Source: Eledone cirrhosa
Lineage: Eukaryota
NCBI GenBank assembly: GCA_964016885.1
Contig: CAXHJY010000702.1
Coordinates: 62,001-126,000, forward strand
Reading direction: 5' to 3'
Length of the DNA stretch: 64,000 nucleotides
Part shown: positions 26,484 to 40,600 of the stretch, piece after piece
Position numbering within the stretch: position 1 is the first letter of the stretch
How the letters are laid out: each line of letters opens with the position of its first letter
Notes under the pieces: model-generated
Database searches by the model: none
What the model was told of the DNA's origin: nothing
What the model saw: only the letters and a program-made list of their open reading frames with translations
Program-made: the position numbers and the translations under genes

Positions 26484-26965
26484 TTTTGTGCACAGGTATT
26501 CCAATACGGCAAAGCCTAATGAATTCCCCTTGCAGTACGTGCAATCTGGACACACTCCAGATACATATTTGTACACAGGTATACAATTTCTGGACACACT
26601 CCAGATGCATGTGTACAATTTGTGCACAAGTATACAATTTGTGCACAAGTGTACAATTTGTGCACAGGTATACAACTTCTGGACACACTCCAGATACATA
26701 TTTGTGCTCAGGTATTCCAATACGGCAAGTCCTTACAATCTGGACACACTCCAGATACATATTTGTGCACAGGTATACAATTTCTGGACACACTCCAGAT
26801 ATATGTGTACAATTTGTGCACAAGTATACAATTTGTGCACAAGTATACAATTTGTGCACAGGTATACAATTTCTGGACACACTCCAGATACATATTTGTG
26901 CACAGGTATTCCAATACGGCAAGGCCTAAGGATCCCCCTTTCAGTACGTACAATCTGGACACACA
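26484..26965. repeat. Modular higher-order minisatellite
   Basis: About 19-bp TACAATTTGTGCACAAGTA modules and TCTGGACACACTCCAGA modules, arranged in about 194-bp higher-order units. Confidence 0.85.
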
Positions 26966-27137
26966 CACACACACTCACACACACCTTGGTATTATGCCAA
27001 TACTATATATCATTTTACACCTTTTATTATTAAGGTTTTTGATGTTCTATTGAGAGAATCGATTTTACTGAAAATATCGAATAATGTACACCATTTTACC
27101 AGGAAAAAAATACTGGTCCCCCCCCCACACACACATT

Positions 27138-27191
<54 letters not shown>

Positions 27192-27545
27192 CACACACAC
27201 ATACACACGCGTACATTAACATACAAAGAGACATATACACACACACACACATACACACACTTCTCCGTATAAGACAAGAGCTGAAAAATATCTTTTAACA
27301 TGTTAAAATATCCCCCACACACTTACAGACACATTCCTACTGACCATCCCTCTACCACGAATTACTCTGCTACACACACACACACTTGTCTTAATAGGCA
27401 TTTGAACTGTCAACAGGCTGCGGTCGCACACACATCCCTGCTGACCATTATCACAACAACGAACACTTTACTACTACTACACACACACACACACACATAT
27501 TTGTTGTGAAAGAGTCATTTCTCAGTCAGCCAACACAAACCTACA

Positions 27546-27643
27546 TTTGGCGCAAAATCAATTTTTTTCATTCACATGACCTCTACCGACCAATCAAAAT
27601 TGTTTTGACCACAAGAATTTTTGCAACACGAATTGGCGCAAAA
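27546..27643. promoter_or_regulatory. Possible promoter: two TTGGCGCAAAA (E2F-like) sites and CCAAT boxes
   Basis: TTTGGCGCAAAA at 27546, GACCAATCA at about 27588 and ATTGGCGCAAAA at 27632. Confidence 0.25.
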
Positions 27644-27891
27644 CTTATTTTAATACCGCTGGAGCCACTTTTTTAACATAAAAACAGGTAGAATTCCCAA
27701 AACTAATCAGATCAGAGCAAACATCACGAACGCTCTATCTCAAAATTATTTTTGAAAACCATTAGAAATGCACAACCGGTAAAACTTAAAACCAAAACTG
27801 AATACTAACCAATACAATTACGAATTCTCAGTATTCCTAATTAAACTATTTTTCACTGTGAACAATTTGTCAGCATTTTCTATTCCGTTTA

Positions 27892-27926
<35 letters not shown>

Positions 27927-28023
27927 AGGGCGTGTAAACACAGAAAATATCTTTAAAAATAATAATAATTAAATTCCAAAAAATTCTCTGTACCTACTAT
28001 ATGTGCCCTTACCACGTTTTCAG

Positions 28024-28162
28024 ATCCCAAACAAATAGACAATCCAAGCGGATTTTCATTGAGAAAGAAATCATCGTCAGAAAGCTTTTCTCTCTCGGAG
28101 AATATAAAATTCCTGAGTTCAAATTACAAACTGGCGCCATACAAAACTGTTTCAGAATGAGA
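28024..28162 (+). CDS. Possible host-gene exon (unidentified protein)
   Basis: TTTTCAG acceptor and GTAAAT donor. The only fully open frame is in phase with an upstream ATG CAC AAC CG|GTAAAA at 27768-27778. Confidence 0.2.
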
Positions 28163-29286
28163 GTAAATGAATATATATATATACTCACACATACAACCAA
28201 TTCCAACATATAAAGTGGACATAAAATGAGTGAATTAGCAGAAAATATCCTTTAAAATGGGTTTGTTAAATTCTATAATGATTGAGCAGAAAATATTTAA
28301 ATATAGGTTTGTTTATTAAAAGGGTTATAGTTTTTACTAGATTGTAAACATTTGCAATATTTGAATAAATTTAGTTGTGAATGTGATATAGTCATAATAT
28401 CGTTTGTAACTTATGGATTTTGGTGATTCCAAGGGAGCTTGTCAATTGATCACTATTTGGGCTCTCATATTATCACAATATGATTTCTTAATCATTTATC
28501 ATCACCACCAAACTTCCATTTCCCACACTTGCATGGGTTAGACAGGTTGTCACGTTGAGACAATTCAGGTTTGTGCCGGTGTCTTGCTCATATGGATCAG
28601 TATTTGGGGTTTGTTTCTACAGCTGGATCCCCTTTCTAACAGCAATCATATTATATTGTGGACTGAAATGAACACTTAACAGGGTGGACTGGGTGTTTTT
28701 GTCATATCACAAACACAACCACTTCACAGTGTGGACTGTGTGCTTTTTGTCATGTCACCAGCATGTCAATCTTACAGAATGAACTTAATATTTTTGTTGT
28801 GGTAATAGCATTGTGGCAGATCAGATGTAGAGCATATCCAGCTTTCATATTTGTATGTTTGGGTTGGGTAGGCAAGTTGTATTAGGGGTGAGGGTTTGGA
28901 AGGAGGACAAATAAACAAGTTGAAGATTAATGAGGTGCATGCTGAGAGCAGGATATGAAGTTTGGCGAGAGTGATGGGGGAGGGGTGAAGAGAAGATTTT
29001 CAGACATGATTGTTTCATTTATATGTCTGTTAAAGCCATTAGTCCTGTTGATGCTCTCATTAGAATTAAAGTAGGATTTAGGTCAGTTTGACACAGCATT
29101 CTTTACAAATACATTCTTTGCATTCTGTAGTAATTAGTGATGAAATAATTGTTACTGATGATTAAACAGTTGTAAACATTAAATACTATTTTTGGTTCAT
29201 GATTTTGATACTAAACTTCTGAATATTATTTCTTCTTCTATATATTCTACTACATTTACATTTGTCTAAAAGCCTTCACTCAATAT

Positions 29287-29455
29287 GGTGAATTGGCAGT
29301 ATCGGTAGAGGGTTGGATGCCCTGCTTTCCAGCATAGAGTTGCGCCCCTTTATGGTCTGAGTTCACTTTGCCTTTCATCCTTACGGGGTTGATAAAGTAC
29401 CAGTAATGCACTGGGATAATTGCTGGCCTTGTGCCAAAAGTAGAAACAATTATTT
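29287..29455 (+). mobile_element. tRNA-derived SINE, family A (internally deleted)
   Basis: A-box TGGCAGTATCGG and the conserved GCCTTTCATCCTTACGGGGT domain. Confidence 0.8.
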
Positions 29456-30160
29456 TATATACGTGAACGGCAAAGCATAAACGAACTAAGGAAAAAATTA
29501 GAAATAAGAGGGATCAGATGTTGTTTACTCGAGAGAAGGCTACGTTGGTATGGACACGTGATGCGCATGAAAGTCGATAGCTGTATAACAAAGTGCAGGG
29601 CAATAAAGATAGACGGTAGCCACGGAATAGGCAGACCTAGAAAAACCTGGGACGAGCTGATAAACTCCGACCCCACACACTTACACCTCTCCAAGACAAT
29701 GTCACTGGACCGAGACCTTTGGCGGTACTCAGTAACAGAGAAGACCCGCCTTACCTAAATACATAGTAAAACCTACTACAGCCAGTAGGCATCTCTAACA
29801 AAATACCCCCCCCCCCCGTCCCACCACCCCCACCCCATCCACGCCACCCCGTTCTATGTAAAGTTGTGTTGGTGCCACACCATCCAGGCCGAAACAAATG
29901 AGATCGTGTAGGTGTCACGACAAAAAAACACGCAGTCCCCGCTGTAATGTGGCCGTGTAGGCAACACGGTAAAAACCTCCCAGACCCACACTGTAAATGT
30001 GGTTGGTGTTAGGAAGGGCATCCAACTGTAGAAAACCTGCCAGACAGTCCTATGCGAGCAAGACAATCACTCTTGCCTCAAGTGGGACTACCCCCGTCCA
30101 AACCCATGCAAGCGTGGAACACGGACGTTAAACGTTGATGATGATGATGATGATGATGAT
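29456..30160 (+). mobile_element. RTE LINE 3' fragment
   Basis: Near-identical to 16969-17648; (GAT)n tail. Confidence 0.93.
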
Positions 30161-32185
30161 GGATCTATATTAAGCCATGCTTCAAACACCAGCTTAATAA
30201 TGTGTAAATTAACTGTATTACTCAATCTCTTCAAATTCCTGATTATTTTCAGAATTATTTCAAAATCATAGTTTTTCATTAGAAATATGTATATATGGCA
30301 AAGAAATACTTTTTGTTGGTGCTAAAACAATTGTCGACATCACAAATGCTTATAATGCTTGTAACCATTGTTTGCTTAAAGAATAGCATTACTGGAAAAG
30401 ACTAATCTAGATCTAGACTAATTCTTTTAACATGCTAATATGTTATAAAATCTAATGATGAGACTGTAGGAAATTATCTTAAGTTTTACCCTTTTGTTGT
30501 CATATTACTTATGAAAGACATTTTTTGATGCTTGATTATTTTCAAAATCATTTGAAAATAATGAAGAATCAGGAGCTATTTATTAATATAGTTAACGTTT
30601 TACAATCAAGTTTTTAGTTTGGAGCATAGTTTAAATTTTCTTACATGAAATTATGATGGTTTGCTTTTAGATAAATATAGACATTTTAAAATAAACAGTT
30701 TAGTATCATAGAAACAGGGGTGATTTAAGATAGTTTAGTTTCAAAATAGTTCATAACAAATGGTTATTTATTCTTGAACCTTATATTGGTAAAGTTCCTT
30801 CCAATTTCCCTGTCTCTCTGCTTCTCTCTTCAGATTCTCTCACACACACATAATTCTCTGATTCTCTCTTATATAATTTCTTTGTGCCTCTCCCATCTTT
30901 CTCCTAATTCTAATGGACCCACCATATACACTCATAATTTTTCCAATCCTTAGTTTGCTGCTCTGTTTTTCTTCTACCCTCTTTCCTTACTCTTTCCCAT
31001 ATTCTCCTCATCCCCACCCCTCAACATATCATCCCCTCATCATCATCCTATTCCTCCTCATCATCCTATTCCTCCTCATCCTTCCTCTTACCATTACTTA
31101 TGTTCTCTTCCCTCTTCCTCTCTTTCAGCTTTTCCCAATTACTGATCATCCTCCTACCCACTCTTCATATACCCTTTTTTCTTCAAATATGTCATCTTTC
31201 TGTTTTCTCTCTTTTCTCAGTATCTCGTTTCTATTTCATAGCATGTCTCCAAAATCCTCTTACTTTTATATTTCCTCCTTTAATGCTTTTCTCATATTCT
31301 TGCTTATACATTATCATTTCCTCACTGTCTTTAAACAGTTATTTTACAATCTAGCTTCTCTTTCTATCTCTCTCTCTCTTGCTCTTTCACTCAAATGTTG
31401 TCTTTTTGTTAGAAATATTATTTTTTATTTGTGTTTAGTTGGTTGTTCATGTTTGTTATTTGTCTTTTTCTATTGAGGTGTTTTTTTTTCTTTGCTACTG
31501 TTCTAATCATCTCTGACACATCTTTGTTTATTAAAGTTGAAGACTTGTTGAGTAGACTCATGGGGGTATGGTTTTGAATGTAAAAATGCCTCCTAAGTTT
31601 CTCTCAGTGCTGTCCCATCAAGCCATTAACTGGACAAGAAATGAATACCAAGTGTACTGATGCCAAAAACTTGCTTTAGAATTAGGTTTATTGCTTTGAG
31701 TAGCGGCAACAGCCTGGCTAGTAAGTGTGTGTAAATCTGTGGAAATGCCAATGCCAATTGATACCATATTCATGTCAGTCACTAGATTGGTAAGCTAATC
31801 ACAAAGAATGTCAATTACTCCAGACTGACAAAAGATTTGGATTGAGTGTCTTTTCTCAAAGTTGATTTTTTCCCATCTTCCTCTTTACTGTGTGTGCTGT
31901 GTGTTTTCAGAATGTGTGGCTTTGGATATATTAATTGTAGTTATCATACGTATTATATATGTATGAGCCCGTGTGTGTGTGTTCATGTATATATGTATGA
32001 ATGTATATATAATTATATACATACAAAATGACATTTAGGAAAAATATATATTTGCAACTTTGATTAACTTGGAAAATGTTAATGGTTACATGCTTGTGTT
32101 TATGACTAAACACACACACATTTATCCATCTATCTACATGCATTTGTTCGTAATCATCATCAACATTATTGTGGATTGGCAGTGA

Positions 32186-32380
32186 GGGCGGTGGATTGGC
32201 AGTATCGGTAGAGAGTCGGACACCATGCTTTGAAGCATAGAGTTACATCCCTTTATGATCTGAGTTCAAATCCCGCCGAGGTTAACTTTGCCTTTCATCC
32301 TTACGGGGTCGATAAAATAAAGTACCAGTAATGTACTGGGTAATTGCTGGCCTTGTGCCTAAAATAGAAACAATTATTTT
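32186..32380 (+). mobile_element. tRNA-derived SINE, family A (central domain resembles the MetaSINE/Sauria-type core)
   Basis: A box TGGCAGTATCGG, B box GAGTTCAAATCCC, core GCCTTTCATCCTTACGGGGTCGATAAAATAAAGTACCAG. Confidence 0.85.
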
Positions 32381-34037
32381 AGGTCTATTTTTTTTCATGC
32401 TTACAGAGGTTGGAGTGGTCCTCTCTAATGCTGTCCATGTTTTCTTTGGCTTTCCTCATCTACTTGGCTCTTCTGGCTATTCATTACTCACCTGCCATCA
32501 TCTTCTCTTTTGTACATAGCATTTAATTCCTCTCATACACAGTTTTCCCTCAACTCATCTGTACTTCATTGTTCATGGGCACTGATATTACACATCCATT
32601 GGAGAAGGCTTACCCCATTTTTTTTTTCAGCTTTCACACTCCCTCTGCATTTGATATGCATACCCACTACAATGTAACATCACATTTCATACACAAGATT
32701 TAAGCAATCGAACTGCTATACATCTACCACAAATTAAATCTCTCTTTACTTTCAGCCTGCCTGTGTTAACATTGTCAAATGAGAATCAAGAATGTGCACA
32801 TATACATGCACTCATACACACCATCATAATACCTCACATTTTCTTTTCTAATATGGTTTGGTCTATAAAAATAGAGCTAGCCTTCCTAGATGAGTTGGGT
32901 GACCATATCTCTCACAAAATATTCATTACAACATATCCTGCAGTGTAGACATTTGAATAACAGTGGAAAATATACCACACTTAAAAATATTATAAGGTAT
33001 CAGTTGGTGTCGAGGATGGCATCCTGTCTTAGAGAACCTACTTTAAAGTTCTTTTTCAACTGCTGCTGCTGATGATGCTGATGCATATATGAAATTAAAA
33101 CTTAACATATTTTATCTATTAATGCCTTGCACCACTTGAAATTTCATTACAAAGGCATTCTACAAAATCCTAAACAGCACAATGATTGCATCACACTTAA
33201 AATTAAAGTCTTGAAATGTTCATAAATATCTGTCCACTAGTAAAGATACTATAAACATTTGAATTAAATCCATTTCAAGATATATATTCAGCTAGATCAT
33301 TACAGAATGGTAGACCCTTTTATTGCCATAGTACTATTTTTAAAATAATCAAATTTATCGAAGCATTTAGTAAGAGAGCTTTTTATTTATGTAGTATTTG
33401 AAACATAACTTAACAAATGTTTTTACATACAATTATGATCGATTTTTAAAAGAATTTTAAAAGTTATTTTAAAATAGCTTTGTATCATAGAACAACCAGC
33501 AGTTTCAAGCAGTTTAGTACCAAAGGGGTTAAGTGTTAAATGTGCTCTCTCAATAGTTATGTGTAGAAGCTTTCATAGGTTCCATAGGTTTTATATTTGT
33601 GTGGGTAATTTTTGTGTTTTATGTCTTTTTTCTTTTGTCAAAATAGAATAAAATTCCATATATTGACATGGCTTAAAGAATTAAATGGCTTTTGATTTGA
33701 TTATCTAACAATTAAATCACTCAACTGTAAAGTGGAAAGTTGTTGCTATAGTTTTAAACTCGATAGGCTAAGCTACTGTGATGTAAATGAGCCTTGTCTA
33801 ATTACAACATAATACTCATGACTGGGTTTCTAATTCTTGATTTAAGCTTAATTACTCTTTCTCTCTCTCTTACTTCCGTTTCTCTCTCCCCATAGCACTT
33901 GTGACAAATTCCTAGCTTCCCATAAGGTGCATTCCAATAATTAATTTACACTGGTGTTTTTATGGATTTCTGCTACAACATTAATCTACCATTCTGCTGA
34001 AACTTCATTTCATTTAGTTGCTTTCACATTATCATTA

Positions 34038-34226
34038 GGTGGATTGGCAGTATCGGTAGAGGGCCGGATGCCATGCTTTCCAGCATAGTTACGTCCCTTA
34101 ACTATCTGAGTTCAAATCCCGCTGAGGTTGACTTTGCCTTTCATCCTTACGGGGTCGATAAAATAAAGTACCAGTAATGCACTGGATAATTGCTGTCCTT
34201 GTGCCAAAACGTAGAAACAATTATTA
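34038..34226 (+). mobile_element. tRNA-derived SINE, family A (plus an inverted partial copy at about 34396-34470)
   Basis: Matches 32186-32380. Confidence 0.85.
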
Positions 34227-37200
34227 ACAACAACAAAGAACAAGTGTTTTAAAGCTATTTTCTCTGCATAATTTGAGTACTTTGGGGGCAATGTTTTTAC
34301 AACTTGATGCCCTTCCTGGCTCCAACAATTTTAGTCACCCCTTGTGGCATGCATTATGCAGTATATCTAGTTTAAACCAGATACAGCCAGTAATAATAAT
34401 TGTTTCTACGTTAGGCACAAGGCCAGCAATTATCCAGTGTATTACTGGTACTTTATTTTATCGACCCCGTAATATAGTAATAATAATAAATTTGAATAAT
34501 AATAACTTTAATCTGTTATTTTAATAAATATAAATATATATATATATGCCATTTGCTTTTTATTTTACTTAAACTTGAGTATATATCTGGTATAGGATAT
34601 GTAGACTGTTTTAAGAAGCATGTTTTAAGAAGCAACTATATGGATTTAGTGTTAAGAAGTATATCTGGCTATGGAAACATTGATGCAAAAACAATGAGGA
34701 TATATATATATATATATACACACACACATATCATCATCCCTGTTTGATATATTCTCTCTATGCTTACATGGGTTAGACAAATTGTCACATGATGAGACCT
34801 GTTCAGTCAGTTAACCAGGTCCTGCTTGTTTGTTTAATTTTGGCTTTGTTACTAAGACTGGCTATTCCTTCCAATACCAAATATTTCTAAAGATTTTTCC
34901 AGAAGCTGGATGTCATTCCTAATACCAACCACTTTACAGCATTATATTGTGACACTAGAACTATTTTACAGAAATTATTATATTTCACTGCTTGTAGTAA
35001 GATAGCAGTGCTGGTGTCATAATAAAATGCATATCTTACTGCTTGTGTTGAGTAAAGTGCAAGGCTTCATGTTTAATATGTTTGGTTCATGATCCGAAGG
35101 TCATTAGCTGAATGACCAGCAATGTGTCTTGTCCTTGGAAAAAACACTTTATTTCATGTTGCTCCAGTTCATGCAGCTGAGAAAAATTTGTTGTTTAGGT
35201 AATTAAAAAGGCCACCATTGGCATACACTGTATCAAATTTAATCTCCCTAAGAACTAACTTTACGATACATATGTTTGTGGAATAGTCCGGAATTGGACA
35301 TTAATTTCATGATCAGGTAGTTCCATTTTTCTCTACAAAATTACACTCACAAGATATTTAACCAATGTCTAGGCTGTAGTAGAATACAATTTACACATGG
35401 TGTCTTGCAATGGGAGTAAACTCCATGCCTCATGGTTGCAAAACAAACTCCTTTAGCACACTACCATCCCTGCACACATACAAAAAATAATCAATAATTT
35501 TACACACATTCATGACAGAAAATTAATAACTGCTGTCTAATTCTTCCACACATGGTTTCCTTGGTGTTGATAACTTAAAGATTATGGATAATTAACTACA
35601 TTAGATCAAGTCAATATGTTCATACCATTCTTTAGAATTGTTACTAATTAGGAAGCATCAATATATTTCAAAAGTCAAGGAGAAACTTCAGAGCTTCACT
35701 CATCATGTATATTGCCCCTTCAGTTAGTTTCAGTTTGTCTGCCTGTATCTCTCTCTCAATCATTAGCTTTCATTTCCAATATCTTTTTCTTTCATACATT
35801 TTCATTTCTACCACCTTTTCACCCTATAATATTGCTTTCCTTTCTCCTTTCCTCTCTTTTTAATTTTTTTCATTTCATTCTTTCGTGTATATCCTCTCTT
35901 CTTTCTATCTTTATTATTTTTATCTATCTTTGGTTTGTTATCTATCTATCCATCGATTTATCTCTCTACCTGCTTATCTGTCTATCCATCCATCCATTAT
36001 CCCTGCATTGATCCTTTATATCTACTCATCACACTATCCATCAGCCTATCCAACAATATCTCTATTTATCAATCAATCGCTACTCTATTTCTCTCCCTTT
36101 CTATATCTCATCTCTTATTTTGTCTCTCCCTCTCTAATATCCTCTTATTTTGGAGATTGCCAGATAAAATAATAAAAAAGAACTGCCATTCATGAACTAT
36201 ATACTTTTTCTGTACATTTGTTTAAATTTTCTGATTAGGTGTTAATATTTTCATTTTTGTGAGTGTGTTGTTACAACTCACCCATTGATTCTTCTCTACT
36301 TGAAATTATAAAATACATTTAGCATGTTATCTTTACCATATTCTATACAAGCTAATAATGTGCCAGGTTCTACCAGAGTGAATCTGTTATCTACTAAGGT
36401 ACTACAAGTCCCTTCACAGTGACAATGGCACTTGATATTTATATTCTACCAGCGATGAATGGACAAAACATCACTTTAACAAAAGTTATGGTTGACTGCT
36501 GCTGTTAGTGATATGGTTAAATACAAATTCCTGTTATTCAGTAGAATCCCTATGGAAATCAAAGAGTAATATTCTAGATAGGAAGAAATCAATACAACAT
36601 TGTAATTTTCACTTAGTGTTTTTTTCTTTTTCTTATGTCAAAAACTGTATTTCATCTGCTTGTGGTGGGGTGTTGCAGAAACACAAAAAGCTAACACATT
36701 CCTGAAATTACTTAAAACTTATCACATGAAGATATAAATATATGTTTATTTGTTGACTTTTTTCTAAAATAACTTTATTTTTACTGTTGTGTCAGAGAGG
36801 GAAAATCTGTGCCATGACTCTTTTCAATGTTTCTATAACTGCTGAGAGAAAAGAAGGATGATTACCTCTCAAACTGGAGACCCGACCCGAATAATTGCTA
36901 AAAGCATCCAAAGGCAGGATGGTGGTGCTAAACTGGACAGCAGATTATGCCTACCACCTGGATAGATCACAGCTGAATTTGAACTTGGCTGCAGCTAGAA
37001 CAAATACTTCTAAACATTTTGTCTGATGTACAAACATTTCTTTTAATCCCCTACCCAGGACTGATATTTAATTGCATTGGCCCTTGAAAGGATGAAATCT
37101 ATCAGGGTCTACCATAATTAGTCTGTTATCTACTGAAGTACTTCATATTTATATTTAACTAAATATCTTCCATCATATTTTATGCTTGAACCATTAATAC

Positions 37201-37282
37201 ATTGTTCCAAGCTCCAGATATACTGTATAATAAGAAAGTTAATTATAGTAAAATGTGTACTAGTAGCCAAATAAATGATAAA

Positions 37283-37648
37283 GTTATATCAGTATAAATA
37301 CAGTGTCTCTACTTGAGACTGCCCCAGCCTGTATGAATATATACGCTTATCTAATATGTAGGCAGGTAAACATGCTAGAAAATGTGAATTTCCCTGTAAA
37401 TTCAAAACAATATTATGAGCGAATGGCTAAAAATATACCCATCAAATACATGTTTCCTTATGGTTGATTGCATGATATACACATCTGATTTGGGTCCAAT
37501 AAGATCAGAAAATTGATTAAGGGTGTTTATCATTTTTCCTATTTACAGGGGTATTCGTATTTTCTGGCATGTTTACATGTCTATATATTAGATATGTGTA
37601 TATATTGTTGCAGTCTCAGTTCATACTCTGTATTTATGCAGATATTAC
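37283..37648. mobile_element. MITE-like element with about 110-bp imperfect inverted repeats
   Basis: 37283-37401 is approximately the reverse complement of 37541-37648 (for example GTAAACATGCTAGAAAAT vs ATTTTCTGGCATGTTTAC). Confidence 0.7.
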
Positions 37649-40600
37649 AATATCACACACCCTGACAGCTATAGTCAGTGCCTTTTGTAAAAAATATAAG
37701 GAAATATTTAATAGATTTTAGATTTAACAAATAATAAAAACACAGTACTATGCTACCATATTAGTCATTCAAAAATACTTTCCTGTTAAACGATGGGTAA
37801 AGAGTAGTTGTTTTTTGCTGGTGGTTTTATACTTGCCTCACCTATCCATTGTGTATTCAAGAGACCTCATTCCGTACATAGGCTATCTTGCCTTTGGTGA
37901 GTAGAGCTAATCAATGTACAAAAAAAGTGCTTATTTGTAGATATTTCTCATTATAATTGAATGGTTTTATATTGTACATCTGTGTAAATTGTATTAGCCC
38001 TTTCAATACCAAAATTGCGTAAAACTGCCCCTGGTTTTATGATACTAAGATATTTATTTTATAGTGTTTATATTTATCTAAAAACTGTCCCTTAATTTTA
38101 AATTATGTTCCAAGCACCAACTTAATAATGGTAAGGTTAGTTATATTACTAAATTCCTACATACTGTTTATTAAATTTCAAAATATTTGAAAATTGTAGG
38201 CAGTGTCGTTTATTTAAAATATGGTTACAAAGGAGCTATCCCTTTATTTTTACACTAAAATCAATTAAAATGACTCCTAGGTTACCTTCAATTTAACAGA
38301 CATTTGGTAATAATGGCCAGAGTTTTCCTCTTAATAGTCTGATAAGTTGAGGGGTACTGTAATACAATTATATTTAGATACATAATTTTTATAAAAATCA
38401 GAAAAATGGAAAGTGGCTCTAAGAAATAAAAATGACATGATGTTAGCCTGAATCAAAGGATATAATAGATTTTATTACATGCAAGTTTTGTTTGTAGTAA
38501 TTTTCAGAGGTACTTGCATAGAGTATTAATTAACTATAATGTATTCTGAAATAAATTCTTCATATTGTTTTTCATATTTTCAAATACACACAAAATGGAA
38601 CAAAATAGATTATCGAAAGAGATTATTGAAAAGTGTTACAAAATATTGATTTTAGTATAGAGGGATTTGCTGTTAAAGTTAACTGGTTAGGAAATTTTGT
38701 TTCAGGTAATTTTTCATTCCTTTTATTTTCTCATCCTTTACACCAGATAAGAACTGTAATTATATATCCCTTCTTTCACTGTATGACTCACAAACTTCCA
38801 TGTCAGTATCTCTATATTCTAATATGTTTGTTACCAAGATGATTATATCACAGCCTTTACCTAATTTCTTTATATCGACATTAGACAGTCCTCTTATTTA
38901 AATTCAAACAGAACACATTTATACAACTAGATGATGAAAGAGGAATGTTCCCTGTTTCTCTGCATGTTAATTGTTTCATTATAAAAGGCAAGAATCAGGG
39001 ATAATAAAACACCTTTGCTTGTTGTAGAAGGCTTTGGATTGCTCAGAGATCTTATGAGATGCATTAGCTACTTTTGTCTATCTAGATGCCATAAATAGTA
39101 CTGTAGGTAGTACTAGTAACTAGCATTGTTGAATTCTTGGAATACATTCAAGAACTGTTGCTTCTGTTGGTAGGAAACTTTTATGAATGTGGAAGATCTG
39201 AAGAAATCTGTGAGAAAGGAGTTGTATGTATGAACTTTGCTTTTACTGTTGAGTCTTGGGGGGGGGGGGGGGCACTGCCTAAAATTTTGGTTAGGTCGTC
39301 TGAGACTGGTGGGAGAAGAGAGAGGGAAGAGGGTGTCTTCAAACCAGAGACTTTGTCTGAATGCTTGCAACAAAGTGGACCCCACCAAAAACACCCAAGG
39401 ACCAGCTGCTAGTGATAAGCTGGCTGATAGATTATGACTACCACTCAGATATGCTAAGTTACTACTGTCATCTTGTTTTGAAGAAATGCTCATTTTACAG
39501 TATGTACATTTAATGTAAATTTCAACACTTGCTGGGAAAACAAATGTTATGAAGTGGTAGAGGGGAAACCAAGTGAGAGAAGGGAAGAAATGATGGAATC
39601 AGATTGCAGAATTTTAGGTTTTACAAATGAGACGTTGCAAAATTGAGAATAGCCTTATATTATACTAAAGGTTCATTTAACCAATGTCAGTACAGGGCAA
39701 CAAGCATTAAAATGATAATGTGAGATGATGACGAAGGTTATCATTAATGTGTTAATATGCAGGTTTGAGGAAATGTGCAAGTGATAATTAGTATGTAATT
39801 TGTTTTTGTCTAGGGGAAATATTTGTTTTATCTCTTTAAACAAGCATTTAATTCATTCTATGCCTGTAAACAGATGCACTCTATCTTAATATCGATGTTG
39901 TTCTTTGAAACTCTTTCTCTTGTTCACTCACTCATTCAGCCGTGAAGTTCAAAGTAATTTTGTTTGCCCAATTAACAAATGACACTTAGCAAATGTCAAA
40001 ACACAAATGCCTGAATTGAAATCGTTGTTATTGCAAACAGATTTTATGATTATAGCCTAACATCAAGGCTTGTGGCTATTTTATTATAAAGGAGCAATAT
40101 TTAATGCACATTTGCAGGTGTTAATGTCAAGGAACATAAAATTTAGGTTGAGCTATTATGATAAAGATTGCAGTTTTACCAATAAAAGAACAGGGATAAA
40201 TTAACATATTTTGAAGTAATTACTTTTCCTAACATGCGATGTATTTGATAAGGAATTGATTTATTTGGTTTTTCATAAACATGTGTGGGTATGAACGTTT
40301 CTTTTAAGGTTTGTTTTAGCTGGCAGAATGTTAAAAGGTGGATACTACAAGTCAGAATACAGCACACATTCATGTTGTACTCCATGTATATTCTATTTGC
40401 AGTACAGACAGTGTTTTATAGAGAAAGACCAAGATAAATAAAGATTCAGATGTGATTCGATATATGTATATGTGTGTGTTTTGCACAAATTCCTTTTAAA
40501 TTAATGGTCAGGCATTTTGGTGGTTGTTGATATCTCCAGCGTTCTCAGTCCCTTGACTGCCATTTTAATCTGCCAAATTGGGATGAGTACTGGTGGTATG

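Noticed and set aside
26320-27053. Cys-rich repetitive ORFs / CRISPR-like repeat
   Set aside because: Open frames on both strands arise from the minisatellite, and the inter-repeat sequences are themselves repeated.
30913-31476. Hydrophobic 187-aa ORF resembling a membrane protein (also 35712-36195 and 56554-57182)
   Set aside because: By-product of CT-rich low-complexity sequence.
32186-32280. tRNA genes
   Set aside because: The A/B boxes belong to multi-copy SINE heads with extended spacing and a shared downstream core; no cloverleaf.
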